IMG/VR virus record: IMGVR_UViG_3300027816_000056
From: a virus
Direction: 5' to 3' (one strand)
DNA length: 64,000 bases
Positions 18,310 to 29,223 of this stretch are shown in pieces. The number at the start of each line of letters is the position of its first letter. The first letter of the stretch is position 1. A model generated the notes under the pieces. That model had not been told where the DNA came from and searched no databases. It saw nothing but the letters and a program-made list of their open reading frames with translations. The translations under genes and the position numbers were made by a program.

Positions 18310-21300
18310 TCAGTTATGGGAGATTTGGCTGAATCCGTTTATTTTGTTTACTTCAATTAAGTTGTCTACCATATCACGCATTGTATCTACGTGAGATATG
18401 ATAATTGAAAAATCAAATTTAGTTCTAAAATAATCAAATAGATTTACTACTGCAGAAATATGTTCTGCATCTAATGAACCCCATCCTTCATCAATTGCAA
18501 TGAAATTTGGACGTGGTAATGCTGATACATTGATAAGTGCAATCCGAATTGCTAAAGATGAAATAAATCGTTCCATACCGCTTGTTAATTCTAATGGCCA
18601 AAAATTATCTTCATCATATATAATATATCCGTTAATATTTTTACCATCACTTTGAAGAACCATGTTAAAATCAACAACTTGATTTAATACGTTATTGATT
18701 TCAGTTTCTATTTTAGGCATAGCTTTTGAAATTAATTCATACGGTACGCCATCTCGTTTAACGGATTCTAAATAATATTCATATGCTTTGTATTCTGTTT
18801 CTAATTTTCGATATGAATCTAGTTGTGATATTGCAGTAGATTTATTAGTTTTAGCAACTTCAATAGCCCCATGTTTTTTACGAATTGCTTCTGTAATTTC
18901 TTTGATTAATGTAGTGCACGATTCTATTTTTTCTTTGCATTCTAAAATTTCAGCATCAACCGTTTTGTTATGTTTAATTGCAGATTCATTTGAACGAAAT
19001 GATTCTTGTCGTTCTAAACATGTTTCTAATTCGGATTCTCGTGTTTGCAATTCACTTTCTAGTAATTCTAATTGCAATTCTTTTACTTTTAAAGTATTCA
19101 ATGAGTCCGTAATAGTTGTTTTTATTTGATTTAACTCATTGTATTGAGTTTCATATGTTTTTAATTCAGCATATTGCGTTTGATTAATTTCATATCGTTG
19201 CATCAATTCTTCTAATACTTTTCTATCTTGATCAATTGTATGTTGCGCCGACATTGCATCTTGTACAAAAACGTTAGATGTACAGTATTTACATTGTGGG
19301 TCATATTCATGTGATTCAAGATGCTTAATTTTTTCTTCTTTGGCATCAATCAATCCTGTTTGTGTTTTAATTGCATCACGTAATTCTGTAAATTCTGTTT
19401 GAAGTTTTTGTAATGTTTCTACGTGTTGCAACAACTGTGTTTCATTGTAATTGTTTCGTATGTTTTGTTTTGCTTGTGATATATTTGTTTTTATGAGTTG
19501 TATGCCAGCAGATGCTGTATCAATATCTGATAGCAACGTTTCAATTTGTTTTGTTAAATCAGTTTCTTGTGTTTCTAACGCAGCAATATCCGGACCTTCA
19601 TATGTTGTTGGAAGTTTTGTTTCAATTAAAGAAACAATTGTATTTTGTAATGCGTTTCGCTGTTCTTGAAAATCATCTTCCTGTGTTTCTAAATCTCGAA
19701 TACTGTCTTGATTGTTAGTTATAACGGCATCGGCTTGTATAATAATTTCAGCAAAATCTGTTTTCTTATATTCTTTAAGTTTACCAGCTGTTTCTTTGAT
19801 TTCTTCATTTGCTAGTTGATACAATTGTTCAAACACCGTAATATCTAAAAATTGTGAAAGCAAATCTTTACGTTCTCTCTGAGACTTTTCTATAAAATTA
19901 TTGTTATCTGCTTGAAGTGAAAATGCAGTTAAAATAAAATCATCATATGTACCTAAATAACGACGTATTGATTTATTTGTATCACTTCGTTCTTCACCAT
20001 TTAAATTTTCTGTGTCTGTATAAAAGTCTACTAATACTTTAACATGTCCGTTTTTTTGTTTGATTCCCGTACGTTCAATTGTATACGTTGTACCATTCAT
20101 TTCAAATGTAAACTTGCCTCGAAACGTAGATTTTTTGTTATTTAAAACTTCATTAGCTTTTCCAGTTTTACTACATTTATCAAAAATAGTATATGTTATT
20201 GCATCTAATAATGAAGATTTACCTGATGTATTTGCAGCAAATAGGCCGCATACATCTTTCATATTTTCAAAATTAATCACGTTGCCTTCACCATATGAAA
20301 ACATGTTATCAAATTCAAATTGAATAGGATGCCAAGTCATGTGACGTACTGATTCTACTGCCGGTAGTTTTGAATTTATTGTGCGATTAATATAACGAAT
20401 TGCATCTGTTTCTTCCGAAGTAGCTTGTGGAAAATTTACTGCAATATAATCTGTTATCAATGTATTTTGATATTCAACGTCTCGTACATTACCAATAGTA
20501 AATGATGATGTTGTTTCAGTTGCAGACATTGCAGAACTACGTTGAATTGTAATATCCTGAACATCATACTTTTTACGTATCGTTGCAATTAGCTTTTTCA
20601 TGTCAGCCGCTGAAGTACCGTTAAATTTAATTCTAACGCGAGGTTTTTCTGGCATTCGATGTGGTGCTTTAACAACGGTAGTTCCTTCTACTTCAAGTGT
20701 TACATAACCATAATCATTTTGTATTTCTACAAATTTTGCCTCTCTACATGGAAGATCCCAAACTAAAATTCCATGGTCTAATGCTTCGCCATGATTTTGT
20801 TGTATCAATGAACCAGGATATGCAATTGTGCCAGCATCATTTAAAAACTGTGCCGGTTTGTGTATGTCTCCTAGCAATGTTATGTCATGTCCTTCAAACA
20901 AATCAACGCCAACATGTTCATTAGATATCTGATATCCTATATCCGTTTTAGCAGAATTTACAGCTCCATGATGCAATGCTATTTTATATGCTGCTTGAAA
21001 CTGATCTGCTTTAATATATTCACTTGGCGGAACATCAACTGCCATGTGATTGAATACAATACCAGCACATTCAAACAATCCGTTATCTTTAATGAAATGA
21101 ATGTTTGGATTTTTAATAACATTGATAATAGGACTAATTGCATCGATTCTATGCATATTGTTTAGATTCATGTCATGATTTCCTAGTATTACTATGGTAG
21201 GAATCATAAATCCATCAAAAAACTCAACAAGCATTTCAATTAGTTCCGGAGACATATCTAGTTTGCTATGAACAATATCTCCCGTAACTACTGCAATACT

Positions 21301-21453
21301 GGATCTTGTACTGTTACATGCAATATGATCAAATAAATTTTGAAACACTTCGCGATATTCTTTATGACGTTTTAAAGTACGTATATGTACATCGGATATA
21401 TGAAATATCTTATCTATATAATCTAAACCTAGATCTAGTTGTTTTATATCCAT
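18310..21453 (-). CDS. Mre11/SbcD nuclease fused to Rad50/SbcC ATPase (gp47-gp46-like)
   Basis: SDVH, GD, GNHD, GDIH phosphoesterase motifs; Walker A NTSGKSS; coiled coil with CKYC zinc hook; TSGME signature; IAIDE Walker B; ISH. Confidence 0.92.
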   Translation of the reverse strand: MDIKQLDLGLDYIDKIFHISDVHIRTLKRHKEYREVFQNLFDHIACNSTRSSIAVVTGDIVHSKLDMSPELIEMLVEFFDGFMIPTIVILGNHDMNLNNMHRIDAISPIINVIKNPNIHFIKDNGLFECAGIVFNHMAVDVPPSEYIKADQFQAAYKIALHHGAVNSAKTDIGYQISNEHVGVDLFEGHDITLLGDIHKPAQFLNDAGTIAYPGSLIQQNHGEALDHGILVWDLPCREAKFVEIQNDYGYVTLEVEGTTVVKAPHRMPEKPRVRIKFNGTSAADMKKLIATIRKKYDVQDITIQRSSAMSATETTSSFTIGNVRDVEYQNTLITDYIAVNFPQATSEETDAIRYINRTINSKLPAVESVRHMTWHPIQFEFDNMFSYGEGNVINFENMKDVCGLFAANTSGKSSLLDAITYTIFDKCSKTGKANEVLNNKKSTFRGKFTFEMNGTTYTIERTGIKQKNGHVKVLVDFYTDTENLNGEERSDTNKSIRRYLGTYDDFILTAFSLQADNNNFIEKSQRERKDLLSQFLDITVFEQLYQLANEEIKETAGKLKEYKKTDFAEIIIQADAVITNNQDSIRDLETQEDDFQEQRNALQNTIVSLIETKLPTTYEGPDIAALETQETDLTKQIETLLSDIDTASAGIQLIKTNISQAKQNIRNNYNETQLLQHVETLQKLQTEFTELRDAIKTQTGLIDAKEEKIKHLESHEYDPQCKYCTSNVFVQDAMSAQHTIDQDRKVLEELMQRYEINQTQYAELKTYETQYNELNQIKTTITDSLNTLKVKELQLELLESELQTRESELETCLERQESFRSNESAIKHNKTVDAEILECKEKIESCTTLIKEITEAIRKKHGAIEVAKTNKSTAISQLDSYRKLETEYKAYEYYLESVKRDGVPYELISKAMPKIETEINNVLNQVVDFNMVLQSDGKNINGYIIYDEDNFWPLELTSGMERFISSLAIRIALINVSALPRPNFIAIDEGWGSLDAEHISAVVNLFDYFRTKFDFSIIISHVDTMRDMVDNLIEVNKINGFSQISHN

Positions 21454-22388
21454 AACATTCCCATTTTGAGTTGCATTAACCGTTCAAACGTTAATACATC
21501 AGTATCTTGTATAATATTGTTAATTTGTTGAAATCCTAATTCTGATGCATCAGCATCTTGCAATTCTATAAAATATACATTAAGACCTTCAGCCATAAAT
21601 CGTTCAGCAATTTGAATGGCATTCTTAAGTGCATCAGCATCTAGACAAATATAAATGTCTCGTACGCGTTGTTCAATAATTTTTTTCTGAAGTGTGGATT
21701 GAATTATTTTACCAAACAAAGGAATTGCATTACGTTTAATTGCAATTGCATCAAAAGCTCCTTCGCAAAGAATGATTGGCTGTGACCAATTAACGAAAAG
21801 ATCAAAACCAATTATGTCTTTTGAAATTTTTGGATTTTTATGTTTTTGTGTATCTGATTTATAAAATGCTCTACTTACAAAATAATTTAATTGACCGTTA
21901 CAATCATAACTAGGAATAATTATTTTTCCAGAATATTCTCCGGTTTCACAATATCCAATTCTATATTTAATGATATCAAATATAGTTACTCCTCTATTTT
22001 TAAGATAATGTATTGCATTTCTATAGTCCGGAGTAGTTTTAGGTAACCATAATGGTTTATAATCTTTTGGAAGTTGTATTGTTTCTGTTTTAACATCAGC
22101 ATCTTTAGTAACACGATATCGAGTTGATTCAATGATACGTCCTAGTTGTTCAAACTTTTCTTTAGGAAGATTTAGTTGTTTAAATAAACTAGAAATAGTA
22201 CGACCTTTACGATCACTAATCCAACAATGCCATACATTTTCTCCTTGAGAATTTGTATTGATGTTTATTTCTAATTTAGGTTTGTAATGTGAAACAAATG
22301 GTGAGAAAAATGCTACGTTATCTCCAGAAGTAGTTTTACCTTTACCAAGTACTGATTCTAATAACTGAAGTAACTTAATATGTTTCAT
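21444..22388 (-). CDS. DNA primase (DnaG/TOPRIM type)
   Basis: YLKNRG, IIIP, CEGAFDA, CLDADA; degenerate N-terminal zinc-binding region. Confidence 0.88.
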   Translation of the reverse strand: MKHIKLLQLLESVLGKGKTTSGDNVAFFSPFVSHYKPKLEININTNSQGENVWHCWISDRKGRTISSLFKQLNLPKEKFEQLGRIIESTRYRVTKDADVKTETIQLPKDYKPLWLPKTTPDYRNAIHYLKNRGVTIFDIIKYRIGYCETGEYSGKIIIPSYDCNGQLNYFVSRAFYKSDTQKHKNPKISKDIIGFDLFVNWSQPIILCEGAFDAIAIKRNAIPLFGKIIQSTLQKKIIEQRVRDIYICLDADALKNAIQIAERFMAEGLNVYFIELQDADASELGFQQINNIIQDTDVLTFERLMQLKMGMLWI

Positions 22389-22580
22389 TACTATTAATAT
22401 AATGAAATACTAGTATATATCCTAATTAATTATATTAATATATTAATAATATTAGTTAGACACATACATTACATTTCTGGTCTAACGATCGATTCAATTT
22501 CATACTGAATCAATCTATTAATTAAATAAATTTCATTAATCATCAATGAATATATTATTTTTTTATCAAAAATCAAATCT

Positions 22581-23063
22581 TTAAGCAAAAAAAGTTTTAA
22601 TTGTTTTCGGTTCTTCACCTTTTTTCAAACATTCCGCCATCCATTCCGACGGAATTTCTTTTTTTGCAACATGTTTTATTCCTAGTTTCAGCGCATAAGA
22701 TTCATAAGTAGTTTTACTGCCTTTTGATATTTTTTGCGTTGGAGATTGAAATACCATACGGATATCTATTCCAGGATTAGATGCTAATACATGTTTCATT
22801 TTTAAACGATCTGCACTAGTCCATCGTCCTTTTGTTTCAACATACATGAATTCACCATTACGTTTTACAAATACAAAATCTGGAGTATATTTTGCTTTAC
22901 GCTCTGGTACTATGTAATTTAATGTTTCAGTTTCATATTTCAAAGGATAGTCAGTAGTTTTAATTTGTTCTGCTACTGTATGTTCTAGTCCTGATTTATA
23001 TCCGTATTTAAGTGCAGCTGCACGTTTTGAATTTCCAGATGAATGATAATGATTTTTTGCCAT
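22581..23063 (-). CDS. T7 endonuclease I-like Holliday junction resolvase
   Basis: YKSGLE, YTPDF, YVETKGRW, DRLK, DIRMVF. Confidence 0.9.
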   Translation of the reverse strand: MAKNHYHSSGNSKRAAALKYGYKSGLEHTVAEQIKTTDYPLKYETETLNYIVPERKAKYTPDFVFVKRNGEFMYVETKGRWTSADRLKMKHVLASNPGIDIRMVFQSPTQKISKGSKTTYESYALKLGIKHVAKKEIPSEWMAECLKKGEEPKTIKTFFA

Positions 23064-23081
23064 AACTTATTTTGTTTTATT

Positions 23082-24050
23082 TTACATATAATTCCATATG
23101 TATTTTTTAGTTACTATTTCTAATTTTTTAGTTTTTCGATTATACTTCCAAAATTTTGCAGTAAATGTTGACGGCCGATTCCCTTTACGTATGGTATCAA
23201 TCATAAATTCAACTAGATCTCTAATCATTTTTATATTAGCTTTATCATATCGTTTAGCTTGTTTTTCTAACGAAGTTAAAAGTTCCATTTCGTCTTTACG
23301 AAATTCCGACTTTAACCAATTGGCAGCACCTTCTTCATCATCATTAAATACTCCGCTAAAATTATCGAAATATTCTGCAGGATTTTTTGTAAATACATCA
23401 TATAAATGTTTTGTATACCATTGTATCTTATCATGTACATTATTTAAATAAAGTGCAAATGCAATATCCATTTTAGTTACATTTTTACTAGGTAATGTAG
23501 AAACATGTATATGATCATAATGATCGGCTGCTTGCCATATATAAGATTTTTTATTTCCACTTTCCCATAAAACATAACCCAATTTTTTAAGTTCTGCTAC
23601 TAGTAAATTTCCTAATACTGTAAATGTTTTTCTATCATCCTGATATGTTATGCCGTTTAATCTACTAATATCAACAGCATTTCCGGTATAATGTCTACTT
23701 ATATTTCCAGATTCAGTATATTTATCATGCCCCGTTCTAGCAAATGTAATTTCAACATTTCCAATATTTGCTGCCTTTACGGCTTTTTTTAAATCTTGAA
23801 ACAAATTTAAATCAATTTGATCAGCCTTTGCTTTATTACTTAAAGTCAATCGGCCGGGTTTATTTATTGGATTTTTTATAGGTATATCATCTGTTTTCTT
23901 GATATTTGTATCAGTATCTGTCTTTTTTACATCAGTATCAGTTTTTGGTTTTATAACTGGTTCAGTTTTTACTATAACATCAGTTTTTTTCTTTTTTGCA
24001 AAAATAGAATCTAAATTTGGATCTTGTTCGTATAATATTGAAGTATTCAT
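23082..24050 (-). CDS. Protein with peptidase M15-like (LAS) zinc domain
   Basis: SRHYTGNAVDI ... HYDHIHV motifs. Confidence 0.7.
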   Translation of the reverse strand: MNTSILYEQDPNLDSIFAKKKKTDVIVKTEPVIKPKTDTDVKKTDTDTNIKKTDDIPIKNPINKPGRLTLSNKAKADQIDLNLFQDLKKAVKAANIGNVEITFARTGHDKYTESGNISRHYTGNAVDISRLNGITYQDDRKTFTVLGNLLVAELKKLGYVLWESGNKKSYIWQAADHYDHIHVSTLPSKNVTKMDIAFALYLNNVHDKIQWYTKHLYDVFTKNPAEYFDNFSGVFNDDEEGAANWLKSEFRKDEMELLTSLEKQAKRYDKANIKMIRDLVEFMIDTIRKGNRPSTFTAKFWKYNRKTKKLEIVTKKYIWNYM

Positions 24051-24060
24051 GATAATATAT

Positions 24061-25620
24061 CTATTGAATTTTTTGATTTTTATGTTTTATAATCCACTGA
24101 TGTGTATCTTGTGTAATCTGATCACGATCTACTTTATTTATATCTATATCACGATTTCCAGATTTATATGCAACAATTACATTAATTAATTCTATTAATT
24201 CTTGCATATCGTTATCCCATTTGCCGGATGGTGTTTGATTGATAAATTTATCTATAGGATAGTCTTGTTTTCTAGATTCAAAAAATTCTAAATTTGTTGT
24301 GAACATTTCGATCATATCTACTTGTAAACTTCGTATAACATTAGTATCACTATCTTCATAAACCGGACCATCATATGATTTATAATCAACTTGTATTCCG
24401 TTTACATATTTATTTTTTGGTTTATTATTTTCATCCCATAAAATTCCGTTAAATGGTTTATTATTTTTAAAATAACCTTCAAAATATTCGTCAGCTAATA
24501 CTCGATTTAATTTTCCTTGTGATAATTGTCCATTTCGAATAATACCTGTAAATTGATGTGTTGGTAATCCATCTGGTGTTTCTTGTCGATTACCAGTTTT
24601 TATATCTAATTGTAATGGTAAATTATTTGCATTTCCATTATTTAAATCTATAATATTTATAGCATAATATCCAATCTGATCAGATCCATATTTAAATTTT
24701 GAACGTTCATTTGTAGACTTAAATGACCCATCATATATAATAATCGTCGTCGGATCTGTAAGTATTAATTTACCATCTAACGGTATATTATTTTTAGTAT
24801 CAAAATTTCCATAAAATTGAATTTTAGATATAGTTCGACTCCATATATTTTTTGATAATTGGACTGTTAATGGATCTGATTCTGATACCAATATTGTATC
24901 TGGAATTTTTAATAATTCCTCTGGAGTTTGTAAATCAGCTGTTGATATTTTTTTATTAATTGTTTTTAATTGTACTAACCACTCATATGCTTTTTTATAT
25001 CTCGTTGCATCTATAAAAGTTTTATCGATAATTGATGTAACTGGTTTTAAATTAATCAAATCTATAATTCTATTGGCTGATAGATGTGGAGTATTATTAG
25101 CTAATGGTAAAGCACCGCTAGATACAGTAACTTCTGGATATATCGATTGAATTCCACCACTAGGTAATCCTAATGCAACATTGTATTGTCCAGATTTACT
25201 TTTAGTTACACTAGATTTATATATCCACATTAATTCTTCAATATAATTTTTAGGTAATATCCAATAATTATATAAATAATTTTTTTTTGAATCACGTTGA
25301 TCTGCAGAACGAATGAATAAATAATTACCGTTTAAAAAACGTTGCAATGTTTGATTTTGATTGATTCGTTGAGCAATTGCCTTTTCTACACTTTGTTTAC
25401 TAGCTAGTTCTCCATTTCTTCTTTTAGCAATTGCTTTTAATTGAAATCCAGCTACAGCGCCTGCATCTTGAGCTTCTGCTATATCAGCTGATCGCAATCC
25501 GGTTTTAATAATTACCGTAATAACTTGCGTACTTGTTTTTGGTACAGCAGCTGTTGGTTGCAGATTTGATTGCTCTAATAATAATTTTCGTATAATTTGT
25601 TCTATCATGATGCGTTTCAT
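24061..25620 (-). CDS. Hypothetical protein with MORN-like repeats
   Basis: YDGSFK, FTGIIRNG, FEGYFKNNKPFNG; LLEQ leader. Confidence 0.6.
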   Translation of the reverse strand: MKRIMIEQIIRKLLLEQSNLQPTAAVPKTSTQVITVIIKTGLRSADIAEAQDAGAVAGFQLKAIAKRRNGELASKQSVEKAIAQRINQNQTLQRFLNGNYLFIRSADQRDSKKNYLYNYWILPKNYIEELMWIYKSSVTKSKSGQYNVALGLPSGGIQSIYPEVTVSSGALPLANNTPHLSANRIIDLINLKPVTSIIDKTFIDATRYKKAYEWLVQLKTINKKISTADLQTPEELLKIPDTILVSESDPLTVQLSKNIWSRTISKIQFYGNFDTKNNIPLDGKLILTDPTTIIIYDGSFKSTNERSKFKYGSDQIGYYAINIIDLNNGNANNLPLQLDIKTGNRQETPDGLPTHQFTGIIRNGQLSQGKLNRVLADEYFEGYFKNNKPFNGILWDENNKPKNKYVNGIQVDYKSYDGPVYEDSDTNVIRSLQVDMIEMFTTNLEFFESRKQDYPIDKFINQTPSGKWDNDMQELIELINVIVAYKSGNRDIDINKVDRDQITQDTHQWIIKHKNQKIQ

Positions 25621-25637
25621 ATATTAATAAATATCCG

Positions 25638-26174
25638 TTACCAATCAACCATTACCAAATTTCCGTTCCAACTCATTACATTATCAGATCGAAAATCTAA
25701 ATCTAAATCAAATTCTGGTATATCTAATTTTTCAATGTCTGTTTTTAGAGCATTTAAAAAATTATCAACCACCAGATCAATTGTATCTGTTTCAGCAACA
25801 AAATCAAATATTGAAACTTCACCACCATTTTCTCTAGCAAATACAGCATAATCTTGCATAAAATTATCAATGCTTGTTTTGATACGTGTGGATAATTCTG
25901 AAGCATTTGCCATAATATACATGTTTTTACCGTCAACATAATATACCGGAATAAACGTTGTGAACATGTCACTGCGATTAACTATGCGTTTAGCAACTTC
26001 ATATTCATCACGTTCTTTAGTAATTTTAAAAACTTTATCTTCACCGTCGATTTCATATACACGACCATTATCACCCGCACCGATTAATCGAAATGCATTG
26101 TTTTGTATTTTTTTCAAACAACGTTGAATATCAGAATCTGATATCTCTCGTAGTATTTGTTTTAATCGTATCAT
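25638..26174 (-). CDS. Protein-kinase-fold protein
   Basis: IGAGDNGRVY G-loop, KVFKIT lysine, DFRSDNVM catalytic loop, MVDW. Confidence 0.75.
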   Translation of the reverse strand: MIRLKQILREISDSDIQRCLKKIQNNAFRLIGAGDNGRVYEIDGEDKVFKITKERDEYEVAKRIVNRSDMFTTFIPVYYVDGKNMYIMANASELSTRIKTSIDNFMQDYAVFARENGGEVSIFDFVAETDTIDLVVDNFLNALKTDIEKLDIPEFDLDLDFRSDNVMSWNGNLVMVDW

Positions 26175-27850
26175 GTTTGAGATCCATTAATATTTGTTGA
26201 TAAAACGGTTGCTGGTGTAATATTTTTATCTAAATCAATTCTAATTAAAAAATTCGTATCAACATCATTTCGTTTTCTAATAGGCTGTGCTAGTTTTCCT
26301 ACTGCTAGTAATTGACCTGCATCATTATATAATCCTATAGTTGTAATATATGGTGCAAATGAACTACCCGTAACAAATGAATGATATGTTACATCATTAT
26401 CTTTAGTAAGAGTTGGATTCAATGATAAATTAAAATCACCGGCATCTAATTTTGTTACAACCCCTAATTCATAGCTTGTTAGTGTGCTTTTATAACTAGC
26501 AGTGTATGTTTGTTGCAATATGTCGTGAAATCTAGGATCTAGAGTTGATACTACTACTAGGCCTTGTTTTGAAAATACATTTCCAACATGATTTGTTTGT
26601 AAAAGTCTGTATTCTCCAGATGCTCCAAATTCTGACGGGTTATATAAATTTGAAATTTCTTGGGTTGATAAAGCTCGATTAAAAATTCTAATTTCATCTA
26701 TAGATCCAGAGAACGTTTCCCCCGATATTCCAGTACCGCCTATCATTAATGGATGATCATTATCAATTCTAGCTGACACAGCTAACGGATTATATGTATT
26801 AGTTAGCCAAGTAGCAGATGCTGAAGTTACAAATGTACTATTAATATATAATTCTACGTTACTGCCTGTCTTCTGAAATAAAATATGTTGATATGAATCT
26901 ATACTTACAAAAATACCTAAATTAGTAGTTGCTTGTACAGTTTGAGTGCCGCCTTTTATAGAACAAATTATATCATTATTACCATTTACTTCAATTTTAA
27001 ATGGATATTGTGTAATATTGCTACCGCTAGCTTTTGCAATTATTAATCTATTAGGTCCTGTAAATGGTATTGATAAATCGGTATCGGAAGATGCAAATAA
27101 TGAGATTGCATAATCAGAATCTCTGGAATAATCTCCATCTATTGTAGTTTTAATATATCCAGGATTTGAAAAATTTGCTGCAGTACCGAGCGGAACAAAA
27201 GTATTGCCACTTGGAGTATTATATGAAACTCGTATTCCTGGAATAAAAGTTACATTACGTGAGTCAAAATTACAACGAGATGCATCAAAACATTCATTAA
27301 ATCCTTCATAAAATTTAACACCTGTTACTATAGATTCGGTTGGAAATGTACTACTATACAAATTACCATAACGATCTGAATGTATTCTTAATTTAGTTAA
27401 ACCAAATCCATCAAGAAATGCAGATCCAGTAAACGTAAATGATCCTGGTTTTATTCCTTCACCAATTTTTTTGTAAGGAAATGATAATACGGATGCTGAT
27501 TGATATAAATACTTTTTAGTTCGATTTAAATCCGTAGGACCTAATGTATTATATGGTTGCGTTCTATATTTGTAAAATAAATGATTAATAGAATCATATA
27601 TTACGGTTTGCAAACTGTCATCAACATTTTTTGCATCATTGTATGTTAATTCAGTTTCTAATGCTGGTAATATATCCGAATATATTGCATTTAACGGTAA
27701 ACAACTAGATGTAGCACTACCAGATAATACAGTCCAAGATTTATATGTTTGAAACGGATTGATAGTTACATCTGAATTATCAATTTTTTTAAACACACTA
27801 GGATATATTCCTTGATACGTTTCTTCTGAAGATATTTTTGTGTCTGCCAT
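26171..27850 (-). CDS. Tail/baseplate structural protein with LamG (concanavalin) domain
   Basis: FSGSIDEIRIFNRALS; C-terminal YITTIGLYND..LLAVGKL. Confidence 0.75.
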   Translation of the reverse strand: MADTKISSEETYQGIYPSVFKKIDNSDVTINPFQTYKSWTVLSGSATSSCLPLNAIYSDILPALETELTYNDAKNVDDSLQTVIYDSINHLFYKYRTQPYNTLGPTDLNRTKKYLYQSASVLSFPYKKIGEGIKPGSFTFTGSAFLDGFGLTKLRIHSDRYGNLYSSTFPTESIVTGVKFYEGFNECFDASRCNFDSRNVTFIPGIRVSYNTPSGNTFVPLGTAANFSNPGYIKTTIDGDYSRDSDYAISLFASSDTDLSIPFTGPNRLIIAKASGSNITQYPFKIEVNGNNDIICSIKGGTQTVQATTNLGIFVSIDSYQHILFQKTGSNVELYINSTFVTSASATWLTNTYNPLAVSARIDNDHPLMIGGTGISGETFSGSIDEIRIFNRALSTQEISNLYNPSEFGASGEYRLLQTNHVGNVFSKQGLVVVSTLDPRFHDILQQTYTASYKSTLTSYELGVVTKLDAGDFNLSLNPTLTKDNDVTYHSFVTGSSFAPYITTIGLYNDAGQLLAVGKLAQPIRKRNDVDTNFLIRIDLDKNITPATVLSTNINGSQT

Positions 27851-27855
27851 ACAGT

Positions 27856-27894
27856 AAAAACCCTGCTACATTTATAATAAATATAACAGGGGTT
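27856..27894 (-). terminator. Terminator hairpin containing a late promoter box
   Basis: Minus strand CCCTGTTATATTTA-TTA-TAAATGTAGCAGGG-TTTTT, a 14 bp stem including G-U pairs. Confidence 0.7.
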
Positions 27895-27909
27895 AAATCA
27901 TTGTATATT

Positions 27910-29205
27910 TTAGAAATCAAGCTTTACTCGTATAAGAGCTTCTCTTTGGAATGATTTCAATAATGGTTTACTCAATTTTGCTACTGCTAACAATTCTTGA
28001 CTGTCATTATACAATCCAACCGTAGTAATATAAGTTTTAGGATTTCCAATAAATGTAGATTCAGCAATTTGACCTACCGATCCAGTTACATATGAAGGAT
28101 TATTAGAAAAATTATATTCAGCATTTTTAACTCGAACAAAGTAATGTGTACTAGTAATTTTTTCTGAATTTCTTGCTAAAAATCCATATGGATCAGAAGT
28201 TTCTGGATCTGTAAAAAAAGATGAACCAGATATTGAATGAAATAATACAAAATGATTATTACCTTCAACACTAGAAGAAACATTAGTAGCAAATCCCAAC
28301 TGTTGATCTAGCATTTTTCCATCTAAAACTAATACACCATGATCTGGATATGCTAATCCATAATATGTTGGTGCAGCTGAATTATATACACCGGAGTTAA
28401 TTGATCCGGATACAATATTATAAATTTTTCCAGAATCTCCAATAGTTGCAGAAGCTAAAGATGAATCATCAATTAATTTTATAATACCACTACCAGTAAC
28501 AACAGAACCTGTAGCATTCGTTGCACGAGATGAAATTTTAACTAATGGTAGTTCAAAATTACCAGCATCCAAACGTTCCTTAAGACGATTACGTTTAAAA
28601 TTAACAATGTATATAGAATCTGTACTACCCGATCCTGCAGTAGTAAATCTTGTATCTGTAGGTTTTAATAAAAGTTGTTTGTATTGTGAATAAACTGCTT
28701 TAGATGGCGAATCATTTAAAGTGCCTTGAGAATCAGAACCACTACCCAATGCATGACCATATGCTAAAGAAAATTGAACCGCAGATCCTTCATTTGCAGG
28801 ATTTTCTTGATATACATCTACATAATAACGACGTTGTGATACGGTTTGATTAGAAGATGTTGCATATGTAGTTAAACTAGCAATACCATCACTCCATAAC
28901 CCAGCAGTTACAACTTCAGTTTGATTTGATACAACATCATTTACTATATCAAATTTTGTAAATATACGTCCGTTTCTAGCTAAAATTGAAGTTTGTTGTT
29001 GATCGGCAATAATTTGATTAGCTAATTGTTGAGCCAATTGTTGTACTTGCTGAGTAATCAAATTTTGCGTAGGTATACTATTTGTTAACTGTTGATTCGT
29101 TACTTGTTGTCCTACAAGATTAGCACCAACTCGTCCTCCACCTGATTGAGGTGGAACACCGCCATGTCTAGGTTGTTGTTTTAATTTTTCAATAATTTTA
29201 TTCAT
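27910..29205 (-). CDS. Tail/baseplate structural protein
   Basis: C-terminal YITTVGLYND..LLAVAKLSKP, paralogous to the C-terminus of 26171..27850. Confidence 0.7.
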   Translation of the reverse strand: MNKIIEKLKQQPRHGGVPPQSGGGRVGANLVGQQVTNQQLTNSIPTQNLITQQVQQLAQQLANQIIADQQQTSILARNGRIFTKFDIVNDVVSNQTEVVTAGLWSDGIASLTTYATSSNQTVSQRRYYVDVYQENPANEGSAVQFSLAYGHALGSGSDSQGTLNDSPSKAVYSQYKQLLLKPTDTRFTTAGSGSTDSIYIVNFKRNRLKERLDAGNFELPLVKISSRATNATGSVVTGSGIIKLIDDSSLASATIGDSGKIYNIVSGSINSGVYNSAAPTYYGLAYPDHGVLVLDGKMLDQQLGFATNVSSSVEGNNHFVLFHSISGSSFFTDPETSDPYGFLARNSEKITSTHYFVRVKNAEYNFSNNPSYVTGSVGQIAESTFIGNPKTYITTVGLYNDSQELLAVAKLSKPLLKSFQREALIRVKLDF

Positions 29206-29223
29206 AATTTTTTCTTTATAAAA

